Assembly (NCBI RefSeq): GCF_900111395.1
Contig: NZ_FOHV01000002.1
Span: forward strand, 59,675-123,674
Source of the DNA: Thorsellia anophelis DSM 18579
GTDB taxonomy: Bacteria > Pseudomonadota > Gammaproteobacteria > Enterobacterales > Thorselliaceae
Reading direction: 5' to 3'
DNA: 64,000 nt
The notes under the pieces are model-generated. The model did no database searches, was not told the DNA's origin, and worked only from the letters and a program-made list of their open reading frames with translations. This document shows positions 33,318 to 42,627 of the stretch, piece after piece. A program made the position numbers and the translations under genes. Within the stretch, counting starts at the first letter, position 1. Every line of letters starts with the position of its first letter.

Positions 33318-35051
33318 ATGATAAATAGCATCGAAACAGGATTAAAAAATGTCGTGATTGGCACAGTAGGCACGATTTTAGATAAACGTGGCAATAAGCA
33401 TAATCGATGGCGCAGTTGGCGGCCCTCATTAGGTGCCTGCTTGCAAACAAACTTACCAATTCATCGATTTGAGTTACTGTATCAAGAAAATCACAAACAC
33501 ATTGCTTTGCAACTACAGCAAGATATAACCATCGCGGCGCCGCAAACAGAGGTCTACCTGCATTGTGTTCCGATTAGCGATCCTTGGGATTTTCAAGAAA
33601 CCTATACGCAGTTATATGAATTTTCAAAGTTATATCAATTTGATAGGGAAAAAGAAAATTATTATGTGCATATCACAACAGGCACACATGTGATGCAAAT
33701 ATGCTGGTTTTTACTGACAGAGGCCCATTATTTTCCTGCAAAGTTACTACAAACGTCACCGCCAAAAAAAGAGCGAGAATCTCAAAAACAAACATCAGTT
33801 GAGAAAAATATTGAGCAAGATGAGGCTCATATAGACATAAAATATAAGGAAAATGAACATTCTATTGATATCAAGCCAGTTGCAGGGACTTACTCAATTA
33901 TTGATTTAGATTTAAGTCGTTATGATGAAATTGCTAAGCGTCATGCCTCCGAGAAAGATAATCATTATGAGCAACTTAAATCTGGTATTGCTACGCTTAA
34001 TTCTAATTATAACCATATGATTACAGAGATAGAGAAAGTCGCAACGCTCTCTAAGTCTCCCATTTTGCTGAATGGTCCTACAGGATCGGGTAAATCTTTT
34101 TTGGCAAAGCGTATTTATGATTTAAAACGAAGTAAACACCAATTAGTGGGTGATTTTGTAGAAGTTAACTGCGCGACTCTACGAGGAGATGCGGCAATGT
34201 CTGCACTTTTTGGTCATACTAAGGGTGCTTACACAGGCGCACTCTCAGATAGACCTGGTTTGTTAAAAAGGGCAAATGGTGGCTTATTATTTTTAGATGA
34301 AATCGGGGAGCTAGGGCTTGATGAACAAGCGATGTTGCTAAAAGCGATAGAAGAAAAGGTATTTTATCCGCTTGGAAGCGATAAAGAAATATCCTCAGAT
34401 TTTCAACTTATTGCAGGGACTCATCGAGATTTAAGGCAATGGGTCAGGGCAGGAAAATTTAGAGAGGATTTATATGCTAGAATTAATCTTTGGGCATATG
34501 AATTGCCTTCACTTGCTAACAGGCCAGAAGATATTGCACCAAACATTACTTATGAATTGAATCAATTCGCATTTTTAAATCAGCAGCAAGTTGCTTTTAG
34601 TACGGAAGCAAAACAAAAATATTTATCGTTTGCGACCTCGAAACATGCGAAGTGGTCTGGCAATTTTCGAGAATTGAGTGCGAGCATTACCCGCCTTGCG
34701 ACATTATCTTCTGGTGGGCGAATTGATGCCTCACTTGTTGATGAAGAAATCAAGCGTTTAGAGTACGCATGGGGGCTTAAGTTAAAGGATTCAGATAGGT
34801 TGGAAACCGTACCAATAGAAAAAGAACTCGAGTTTTCAGATTTGATAGATTTAAATGGATTAGATTTATTTGATAAACAACAATTGTTGACTGTGTTAGA
34901 GGTATGTAAATCTAGCAAAAATCTTTCAGAAGCAGGAAGGAAATTATTTTCTGTTTCTAGAACTGAAAAAAAATCACCTAATGATGCTGATAGACTGCGG
35001 AAATATTTAGCTAAATTTGGTCTTTCATGGGAATTAATTCACTCCTACTGA
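33318..35051 (+). CDS. rtcR: Sigma54-dependent transcriptional regulator RtcR (CARF sensor, AAA+, HTH)
   Basis: N-terminal domain aligns to the E. coli RtcR CARF region (GTVGTILDKRGNKHNRWRSWRPSLGACLQ versus GFVGTVLD..RWSKWRPTL; HITTGTHVMQICWFLL). AAA+ motifs GPTGSGKS, GGLLFLDEIGEL, GAFTGA-like GAYTGA. Has a ~45-aa insert in the linker relative to E. coli. Confidence 0.88.
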   Translation: MINSIETGLKNVVIGTVGTILDKRGNKHNRWRSWRPSLGACLQTNLPIHRFELLYQENHKHIALQLQQDITIAAPQTEVYLHCVPISDPWDFQETYTQLYEFSKLYQFDREKENYYVHITTGTHVMQICWFLLTEAHYFPAKLLQTSPPKKERESQKQTSVEKNIEQDEAHIDIKYKENEHSIDIKPVAGTYSIIDLDLSRYDEIAKRHASEKDNHYEQLKSGIATLNSNYNHMITEIEKVATLSKSPILLNGPTGSGKSFLAKRIYDLKRSKHQLVGDFVEVNCATLRGDAAMSALFGHTKGAYTGALSDRPGLLKRANGGLLFLDEIGELGLDEQAMLLKAIEEKVFYPLGSDKEISSDFQLIAGTHRDLRQWVRAGKFREDLYARINLWAYELPSLANRPEDIAPNITYELNQFAFLNQQQVAFSTEAKQKYLSFATSKHAKWSGNFRELSASITRLATLSSGGRIDASLVDEEIKRLEYAWGLKLKDSDRLETVPIEKELEFSDLIDLNGLDLFDKQQLLTVLEVCKSSKNLSEAGRKLFSVSRTEKKSPNDADRLRKYLAKFGLSWELIHSY

Positions 35052-35309
35052 GTTTTTAGCATGAGGCAAACTTACGTATTGTCTTTTTGAGAAGCAAGGC
35101 AATTATAGGGTTTGTACTCACCTCTATATTGAGAGCCGCCGTATAGTGAAGTTTAGATTTTAATTAAAATCAGGTTGATTGCCACCATTCTTGATAGGTC
35201 GGGGGTGTTACGCTACCTTCAGCATACACTGCCTTAAGCTCCACACAAGTTTCATGTCTGTTCTGCTTTACATTTGGTACCTGATTTATCAGTATCTTGA
35301 ATTCTCTTA

Positions 35310-35590
35310 TTAAAATAGTTTGCGTATCAAAAATTAACAAAAATGAGATACAAGGTATTTTGTTGCTCATTTATGAGTATCAAATTAGTTTGTCACTCAA
35401 AAAAAAGGAAAAATAAGATACAAAGTGTTTTGTTGCTCATTTATGAGCATCAAATTAGTTTGTCACTCAAAAAACAGGAAAAATAAGATACAAAGTGTTT
35501 TGTTGCTCATTTATAAGTATCAAATTAGTTTGTCATTCAAAAAATAGCAAAAATGAGATACAAGATATTTTGCCGTTCATTTATAAACAC
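35310..35590. repeat. Tandem direct repeat, 70-bp period, ~4 copies (~85-95% identity)
   Basis: Unit CAAATTAGTTTGTCACTCAAAAAAAAGGAAAAATAAGATACAAAGTGTTTTGTTGCTCATTTATGAGTAT recurs starting at 35381, 35451 and 35521, with a partial copy from ~35310. Each unit contains the palindrome CTCATttATGAG. Confidence 0.85.
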
Positions 35591-35769
35591 CAAAACAACC
35601 AATCTATTCATATCTAAGTCCCTTATGATATTTCAAACACGAATAAAAATTGGTTGGCGAAAATTGAGCAATATAATGGTGGTGGTATACCGAGGGAATT
35701 ATAATGTTAGATCATGATTGTTATGATCTAATCTTTATTGAGTGATTCTGAACAAGGAGTTATTTTATC

Positions 35770-36887
35770 ATGGACTATAAATATAAAGAGATCACGGATT
35801 ATCACTATGATCTATTCCCACCTGCAGTGTTGAATTATGAAATCTTAATCAATCATCTTATTGACGCGACTGATGCACTTGCCAGATTTGATGCAATCCT
35901 AAAAACAGACCTGATAAGGATATCCTTTATGCTCTTTTAAGCCATCAGGAAGCTGTCATATCTTCTAGAATAGAAGGTATTATTAGTACAATGGATGAAG
36001 TTTTGAAGCTCGAAGCTCATTCGCGCCATGAAAATCATAAAGGGCAGGTCCGCTTGGATATAATTGAAACATTCCTTTATCAGCGTACATTAAAATCAGC
36101 TCAAATGGCTATGGAGGATGGATATCATATTTCCCAATCCCTAATTAAATCTGCCCATCAACAATTACTTTCTTTTGGCCGAGGCACAGATAAGTCTCCA
36201 GGAATGTTTAAGACAGAACAAAATTATCTCGCGGATAAGCGCAATAAAACAATATTATTTATTCCGATTAGTGCTGAAAGATTACAAGAAGGGCTAGATA
36301 AGTTATTTCTTTTTATTGCTGAATCTGATGCGCCAGCCTTGATTAAGGCTGCGCTCACCCATGTTGAATTTGAAGCGCTGCATCCTTTTAAAGATGGGAA
36401 TGGTAGAATTGGACGAATCCTCATACCTTTAATGCTTTGGCAATCTGGTTTGATTTCAGAGCCACATTTCTACATAAGTGGATATTTACAAGAGCATAAA
36501 GATGATTATATTGATGTGATGCGTAATGTTTCCAAAAATAATGATTGGCACTCATGGTGTGTCTTTTTTTTAAAAGCCGTTAAGGCTCAAGCAAAACAAA
36601 ATTTAGAAACAGTACAAAGCATCAGGGAATTATATGAAGATATGAAGGAAGAGTTTAGTAAACATCTAGCTTCAAAATGGTATGTGCATGCATTAGATTT
36701 TATTTTTACGTATCCGATTTTTCGAAATTCTTCTTTCATCGAAAAAAGTGGTATACCTAAAGCAACTGCTTCTAAATTTGTTCGAATCTTACTAGATCGC
36801 GAGATTTTAGTGGTGGTGGAAGAGGGGGCTGGTAGAAGAGCCGCTATGTACGCATTTGAACCACTCATGAAATTAGTCAGGGTTTAA
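35770..36887 (+). pseudogene. Fic-family (class II, FIC motif HPFKDGNGRIGR) protein, apparently frameshifted in an A5 run
   Basis: The N-terminal 56 codons (35770-35940, frame +1) end ...LARFDAILKT. The remainder (frame 0, open from 35892) encodes ...PDKDILYALLSHQEAVISSRIEGI (inhibitory S-x-x-x-E-G motif) through the HPFKDGNGRIGRIL active-site motif. The frame switch maps to AAAAA at 35901-35905. Confidence 0.6.
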
Positions 36888-37005
36888 TATCTTGAATAAA
36901 AAGTAAAAATACAAAGAGACTTTATATGGTCGTATGAAGAGATATTTTTTGATATGATGACAAGATAATTAATTAGCCATGTTATGCAAAAAAGGAAGAT
37001 AGTCT

Positions 37006-37737
37006 ATGCCTTGGTTGACCATATTAAATGCTTTAGGATTTGGTTTATTAAGTGCCAGTAGTTTGTTAATCGGTGCTGCATTAGGATTTTATTTCAACTT
37101 TTCTAAAAAAGCAGTCGCAAGCGCATTAGCCTACGGGAGTGGTGTGTTAATTGCAGCTGTTTGTTTTTCTCAGATCCCAGAATCAAGAGAATTATCAAGT
37201 ACCCCAATTGTTTTGATGGGCATTCTTTGTGGTGCTATCACGTTTATTTTGGCGGGTAAAGGACTTGAGTATATTCAAAAGAATAAAAAAGGGACAGGAA
37301 GTGAGCGCCATTCGAATATTGCTCTTTTATTAGCGTTTGGTGCGTTACTAGATGGTATTCCTGAATCTTTGAGTTTAGGTTTAGGATTTTTAGAAGGGGG
37401 GGAACTCAGTACAGTATTATTAATTGCCATTTTCTTATCAAATTTACCAGAAGGATTAAGTAGTGCCTCTGGTATGAAACAGGCAGGTAAATCAGCAAAA
37501 AGTATATTCTTATTATGGGGTATGATAACGATTGCCTGTGCAATCGCAGCGGGTTTAGCTCCAGCATTATTTGCTGATGTTGACCCGATGATACTAGGCT
37601 TCATTACGGCATTTTCAGCAGGCGCTATTTTGTGCATGGTTGTCGATAGTATGATTATTGAAGCATTTGAGTCAACGCATGATTGGACTGGATTGATTGT
37701 TGTTTTAGGCTTTATTACTGCTTATGCTATACATTAA
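37006..37737 (+). CDS. ZIP-family metal (zinc) transporter, ZupT-like
   Basis: 243-aa polytopic protein. Conserved LSNLPEGLS and HN.PEG-like motifs typical of ZIP/ZupT. Confidence 0.7.
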   Translation: MPWLTILNALGFGLLSASSLLIGAALGFYFNFSKKAVASALAYGSGVLIAAVCFSQIPESRELSSTPIVLMGILCGAITFILAGKGLEYIQKNKKGTGSERHSNIALLLAFGALLDGIPESLSLGLGFLEGGELSTVLLIAIFLSNLPEGLSSASGMKQAGKSAKSIFLLWGMITIACAIAAGLAPALFADVDPMILGFITAFSAGAILCMVVDSMIIEAFESTHDWTGLIVVLGFITAYAIH

Positions 37738-37906
37738 GCAAATAATCATCGCATTTTTTCAATTGCTTTGAAGTCATCAGTCTATTGGGGGATTTGGGGT
37801 AGGTTATTCAAAATCACTCTGGCAAACCATGTCTATTTGAGATCCAAGAGATATTGGATGTGGTAGAAATGCCCTTCTCTAATCGAAGGGCTAAAAATAG
37901 ATTAGT

Positions 37907-39157
37907 TTAGCTCTTTTTTGCTGCAGCTAAGCATAATCCTAATGTCACTTGATACGATTTTTCAAATGCGCTGAGTGGTAAAAATTCAAATGCTGAATGA
38001 AAGTTATGTGCGCCTGTGAAATAATTAGGCGTCATAATACCGCGTGCAGATAAAGCGCTTCCATCTGTGCCTCCACGCATTGGGATAATCTTAGGCTCAA
38101 TGTTTAGCTCATTAAATACAGCTTTTAAAAGATCAATTGAGGTTGATTGCCCGCCATCTGCTAAAGAGTTCGCAATATTGCTATACATATCAATTATTTC
38201 ACATTTAATTTCAGCTGTAGGATAAGCTTGTTTGACGCGTTCTACTCGTTCAAACATAATCTCTTTACGTTTTTCGTAGTTTTTTAAATCAAAGTCCCTA
38301 ATTGAAACTTGAACGCTAGCCTCATTTTGATTAGCAATCAGGTGATTGAACCAAAAATATCCTTCACGTTTTTCAGTATGTTCAGGGGTATCTAATGGAT
38401 CAAAATACCCCATGAGATCTTGAACGATACGCAGGGGATTGACTAGTACATTCTTCGCAGACATAGGATGCGCAGTGACGCCTTTAATATGTAAATGGGC
38501 AGTGCCAGCATTAAATGTTTCATAGATGAGTTCACCTGTTTCACAACAATCTATTGTATAGGCAAAATCAACAGGAAAGCGGGTTAGATCAAGTAGTTTA
38601 GCCCCTTTCAGTCCAATTTCTTCATCTGGGACAAAACTAATATAAATATCACCACGTGGAGTATTAGGATGTTCAAAAAAGTACTCTACCATTTGCATGA
38701 CGACTGTCACCGCAGACTTGTTATCAGCGCCTAAGACGCTCGTACCATCACTGAAAATAATGTCTTCATTAAGATATTTTTTAATTTCAGGACGCTCATT
38801 TACACGTAACCATATATCGTGCTCTTGATTAAGGCAAAGATCCTCACCTTTGAATGTCAAAATTTGAGGTTTAATGTCAGGACTGAGTCCAACATCAACA
38901 GTATCCATATGGGCAATAAAGCCTATCGTATGAGTATCTTTCAAATTACCCGCTAACTTAGCGGTCACATTAGCATATTCATCGATATGGACATTCTGAC
39001 AGCCAAGTTCAGTTAACTCTTTAGCAAGGAGTTTAGCCATATCCCATTGGCCCGAGGTGCTAGGCACAATGCTCTTAGAAGCGTCACTTTGGCTTGTTAT
39101 GGCTAAATATCTAAAAAATCGGTTGGTTAATTTTTGTTGTATAGATTGATTATTCAC
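37907..39157 (-). CDS. pepT: Peptidase T (tripeptide aminopeptidase, M20B)
   Basis: ~410 aa. Collinear with E. coli PepT (GFIAHMDTV, LGADNKS, PDEEIG.KGAK, RGGTDG). Confidence 0.85.
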   Translation of the reverse strand: MNNQSIQQKLTNRFFRYLAITSQSDASKSIVPSTSGQWDMAKLLAKELTELGCQNVHIDEYANVTAKLAGNLKDTHTIGFIAHMDTVDVGLSPDIKPQILTFKGEDLCLNQEHDIWLRVNERPEIKKYLNEDIIFSDGTSVLGADNKSAVTVVMQMVEYFFEHPNTPRGDIYISFVPDEEIGLKGAKLLDLTRFPVDFAYTIDCCETGELIYETFNAGTAHLHIKGVTAHPMSAKNVLVNPLRIVQDLMGYFDPLDTPEHTEKREGYFWFNHLIANQNEASVQVSIRDFDLKNYEKRKEIMFERVERVKQAYPTAEIKCEIIDMYSNIANSLADGGQSTSIDLLKAVFNELNIEPKIIPMRGGTDGSALSARGIMTPNYFTGAHNFHSAFEFLPLSAFEKSYQVTLGLCLAAAKKS

Positions 39158-39192
39158 GTGTATGGCGCTCCTATGAAGTAAAAAATGAAATA

Positions 39193-39774
39193 TTATTCAT
39201 CAAAAATCGCGTTGATTTCTTCAAAACTAAATCCTCTAGATTGTAAGAAACGCTGAATTTTGAGTTTAGATTCAATCTGTCTATCCTCAAGTAAATGCGG
39301 ATATTTTTTGTGTGCGGTAAGCTGTGCTAGTGCAAACCAATCAATCTCAGCTGATTCTATTAACGTATTGATTAAGGTTTTATCTATCCCTTTTTGATAG
39401 AGCTCACTTTTGAGTTTACTCTTTCCGATGCCTTTTTTATGCCGGTTTTCAATATACCTCTCGGTAAATCGGCTGTCGTTTAACCAATTATGCTCTGCAC
39501 AATATTCTAAGACAGACTCAATCAGGGTATATTGTGATTCTGATAGGTGATGTTGCTGGCTTGAAAATGAAAAATCATCCGTGAGATCATCTCTGAACTC
39601 TGAATCGATATCTTCGCCATTGCATTTTTTATTCTGCCATCTATTGGTATGAGATGATTCTTTTTTTAGTATAAATTGAGTGAGCTTACGCATGAGTTCA
39701 ACTCGCCCATGATCTCGCTTTGAAAGATAATATTGTGCTTGTAGCAATAAGGCTGAAAATGGATTTGTGGTCAT
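39193..39774 (-). CDS. recX: RecX-family regulatory protein
   Basis: C-terminal KLKIQRFLQSRGFSFEEINAIF matches the E. coli RecX C-terminus ([22 protein letters not shown]). Helical-repeat composition. Not adjacent to recA in this window. Confidence 0.6.
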   Translation of the reverse strand: MTTNPFSALLLQAQYYLSKRDHGRVELMRKLTQFILKKESSHTNRWQNKKCNGEDIDSEFRDDLTDDFSFSSQQHHLSESQYTLIESVLEYCAEHNWLNDSRFTERYIENRHKKGIGKSKLKSELYQKGIDKTLINTLIESAEIDWFALAQLTAHKKYPHLLEDRQIESKLKIQRFLQSRGFSFEEINAIFDE

Positions 39775-39919
39775 AATATCGTTTGTTATTGCCGTTACCC
39801 TAGCTTGACTTCTTACCGCCCAAATTGGGTGAGCATTTACGTTGAAATTGCTAATATGTTTTCTTATTATATTCTAATTTGACTTTTCCTATTGAATATT
39901 TTGAGTATTTCAATGTGAC

Positions 39920-40231
39920 TTAAGTTTCAGTATAAGAGGATTTAACCTGAGATGTATTTGTTTCTGATAAGGCTGCCTTTTGGCGTCGATACATGGGGAT
40001 CATCTCAAACACACCAAATAGAAAGAGTCTAATCTTCTGTGCAAAAGTCAATGGTTCACTTTTTGCAAGCATAAAAGAAATCATGAATACTTTTAATAAA
40101 TGCATAATTGTCATGAAGATGAGTGCAAAATATAAGAAGTAATTAAGTGGTTTTTGTACTGGCATGATGATATTCAAGAGTAAAAATACCCAAATGATAA
40201 GCATCAACAATCGACCTAAGTTAATTAACAT
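39920..40231 (-). CDS. Small membrane protein (3 predicted TM helices), unknown function
   Basis: 103 aa. Strongly hydrophobic segments. No recognisable motif. Confidence 0.35.
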   Translation of the reverse strand: MLINLGRLLMLIIWVFLLLNIIMPVQKPLNYFLYFALIFMTIMHLLKVFMISFMLAKSEPLTFAQKIRLFLFGVFEMIPMYRRQKAALSETNTSQVKSSYTET

Positions 40232-40349
40232 AATGTTCCTATTTAGTTTAAAGTGAAAAAAGCATTTTTATTGATTAGTTATGCGTGTGTTTGAACGCTG
40301 GCAATGCATGATTGATATACGAACTGATGAGTCAGGTGATGACATTAAT

Positions 40350-41093
40350 TTAATGCTCTATTGTGCCATTTCTTTCACGCCACAAGCAAGATTTACCTTT
40401 TTTCATCACAGTATCTAATCGTGCTTCATGCATCGCTATCTCATCTGTACTAGCATAGACAACTTTTAAAGGATGCGCTCGTTTTATTGCAACTCTAACC
40501 TCTTGTATTTTTGAATGTGTGGTTTCTTCATTTTCTAGTGAAGCGAGTGATAAAGAGGTTTGCCCACCTGTCATGGTTAAATACACATCTGCTAGGATTT
40601 GGGCATCAAGTAGCGCGCCGTGTAAAGTACGCTTGCTATTATCTATGCCTAATCTTGAGCAGATGGCATCAAGACTATTTCGTTTGCCAGGGAATAGCTG
40701 GCGAGCCAGTGTTAATGAATCGGTGACTTTACAAATGTCATGTGTTTTGATTGATTGGCCTAATAATTTAAATTCATGATCCATAAAGCCAACGTCAAAT
40801 GGTGCATTATGGATCACTAATTCACTTCCTTTTATAAAATCAATAAATTCTTCAAAAATATCCTTAAATTCTGGTTTGTCATATAAAAATTCATCAGAGA
40901 TCCCATGGACTTTAAAAGCGGGAAAATCAACTAATCTGTCAGGTTTGATATAGACATGAAAATGTCTTCCTGTGAGACGCCGATTAATAACCTCGACTGC
41001 CCCTATTTCAATAATTCTGTGTCCTTCATAGGTGACCCCGAACTTATTCATACCAGTTGTTTCAGTATCGAGAATGATTTGACGAGATTGCAT
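40350..41093 (-). CDS. dnaQ: DNA polymerase III epsilon subunit (3'-5' exonuclease)
   Basis: RQIILDTETTG (Exo I), HNAPFDVGF, HGALLDAQILADVY (Exo III) motifs. Divergent from rnhA as in E. coli. Confidence 0.92.
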   Translation of the reverse strand: MQSRQIILDTETTGMNKFGVTYEGHRIIEIGAVEVINRRLTGRHFHVYIKPDRLVDFPAFKVHGISDEFLYDKPEFKDIFEEFIDFIKGSELVIHNAPFDVGFMDHEFKLLGQSIKTHDICKVTDSLTLARQLFPGKRNSLDAICSRLGIDNSKRTLHGALLDAQILADVYLTMTGGQTSLSLASLENEETTHSKIQEVRVAIKRAHPLKVVYASTDEIAMHEARLDTVMKKGKSCLWRERNGTIEH

Positions 41094-41504
41094 AGTTTCT
41101 TAGGCCTTTATTTTTTAGTAATAAATTTGGTTAGTCGTCTGTTTTTTCATCTAAACAGTAAAAGGCAATTTTTTACTTATTTTCTTATTTGCTTTGCTAT
41201 AATGCTTTACATAGAGTATGACGCTGAGATAACGTTTATTTTATCAACTAAGTGAGCTTGAACTTTTGAATATTACGTGGAACACATTCAAGACGAACAA
41301 CCTCAAAAGTGAATTGTCGCATTAATTTAGTGTGAGCTCAATTAATCGATCGCAATTGAATGTATATTTGTTCAAAGCTATCGATTTTGGCAATGAGTTT
41401 TGTGTAATTCCATTATTGATCCTGTAGACTCAATCGTTTAATAGAGTGTTTGATTCAAAAGTGTCAAGGATGAGCAAATTGATAATAAAGAAAAGGAAAT
41501 AGTA

Positions 41505-41966
41505 TTGAAAGAAATAAAAATTTTTACTGATGGGTCGTGCCTAGGTAATCCAGGACCTGGTGGGTATGGTGCTATATTGCGTTATAATCAGCATGAAAAA
41601 GAGATCAGCGGTGGATTTTATCATACAACGAATAATCGTATGGAGCTGCTTGCGGTTATTGAGGCCTTAAATAGTCTTAAGGAACCTTGTAAAATAACTG
41701 TGATGAGTGATAGCCAGTATATGAAAAATGGTATTACTAAGTGGATACATAATTGGAAAAAAGATAATTGGGCAGTTGCTCTTCGTAAATCAATCAAAAA
41801 TATAGATTTATGGCAAAGGTTAGATCAGGCAGTAGCCCCCCATCAAATTGACTGGCAATGGGTAAGAGGACATTCTGGCCATGTGGAAAATGAACGATGT
41901 GATGAACTAGCTCGGCAGGCGGCAAATGCACCAACAGCAGATGATACAGGTTATAAAGAAGAATAA
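41505..41966 (+). CDS. rnhA: Ribonuclease HI
   Basis: [22 protein letters not shown] ... TTNNRMEL ... SDSQY ... near-identical to E. coli RNase HI. TTG start with AGGAAA SD. Confidence 0.92.
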   Translation: MKEIKIFTDGSCLGNPGPGGYGAILRYNQHEKEISGGFYHTTNNRMELLAVIEALNSLKEPCKITVMSDSQYMKNGITKWIHNWKKDNWAVALRKSIKNIDLWQRLDQAVAPHQIDWQWVRGHSGHVENERCDELARQAANAPTADDTGYKEE

Positions 41967-42069
41967 CCCAAAATAAATCGAGGTTTATTTTGATAAATTT
42001 GATTCTCACGTATCATGCCAATGATTGGTTTTTAAGTAGTAGGGACTTTATTTAACTAGGAAAATATGT

Positions 42070-42525
42070 ATGTCAGAGAAAATCACTCTCATTACAGGAA
42101 GCTCACTTGGTAATGCGGAGTATGTTGCAGAACATCTTGAGCCTTTACTTGGCGTCTTAGGACTAAATCCAGAGATTAAACATGGCCCAAAGTTAGATGA
42201 AACACCTTTGTTTGGTCTTTGGCTTGTTATCTGCTCGACACATGGTGCGGGGGATTTACCTGATAATTTACAACCCTGGCTAAATGAATTGGAAGCTAGA
42301 GAACCTGATTTGAGTCAAGTCAAATTCGGCGCCATAGGTCTTGGAAGCAGTGAATACGATTTGTTTTGTGGGGCGATTAAAACAATTGAAACAGTTTTGA
42401 CTCAACTAGGGGCAACAAAAGTTGGCTCTCGATTGGAGATAGATGCGACTACAGATAGCTTACCTGAAGAGGTAGCTGAGGCTTGGTTGGATACTTGGGT
42501 ATCGAACTTACAAAACGAAAATTGA
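42070..42525 (+). CDS. mioC: FMN-binding flavodoxin-like protein MioC
   Basis: ITLITGSSLGNAEYVAEHL and STHGAGDLPDNL are collinear with E. coli MioC. ~150 aa. Confidence 0.8.
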   Translation: MSEKITLITGSSLGNAEYVAEHLEPLLGVLGLNPEIKHGPKLDETPLFGLWLVICSTHGAGDLPDNLQPWLNELEAREPDLSQVKFGAIGLGSSEYDLFCGAIKTIETVLTQLGATKVGSRLEIDATTDSLPEEVAEAWLDTWVSNLQNEN

Positions 42526-42627
42526 GAGATGTGGATATGCTTGATTAAGTGTTAGAGCTAACGTTTAATCAAGCTTTAGGTTATTGCATAAATAGCATTT
42601 AATGTATAAATGATGAAGGAAGTTAAA

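Noticed and set aside
35170-35370. 66-aa minus-strand ORF ending ...GSVTPPTYQEWWQST; considered as a possible C-terminal remnant of an IS3-type transposase/integrase (LGY.TP.EY-like)
   Set aside because: Similarity is only a short loose pattern. The ORF begins inside the tandem repeats and has no upstream continuation, so there is too little to support a mobile-element call.
35310-35590. Possible CRISPR array
   Set aside because: Whole 70-bp units are repeated with no unique spacers, and the period and identity pattern is minisatellite-like. There are no cas genes in the window.
40956-41255. 99-aa ORF in the dnaQ-rnhA divergent promoter region
   Set aside because: It overlaps the dnaQ 5' end on the opposite strand and runs through the promoter region. 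No homology or SD is present.
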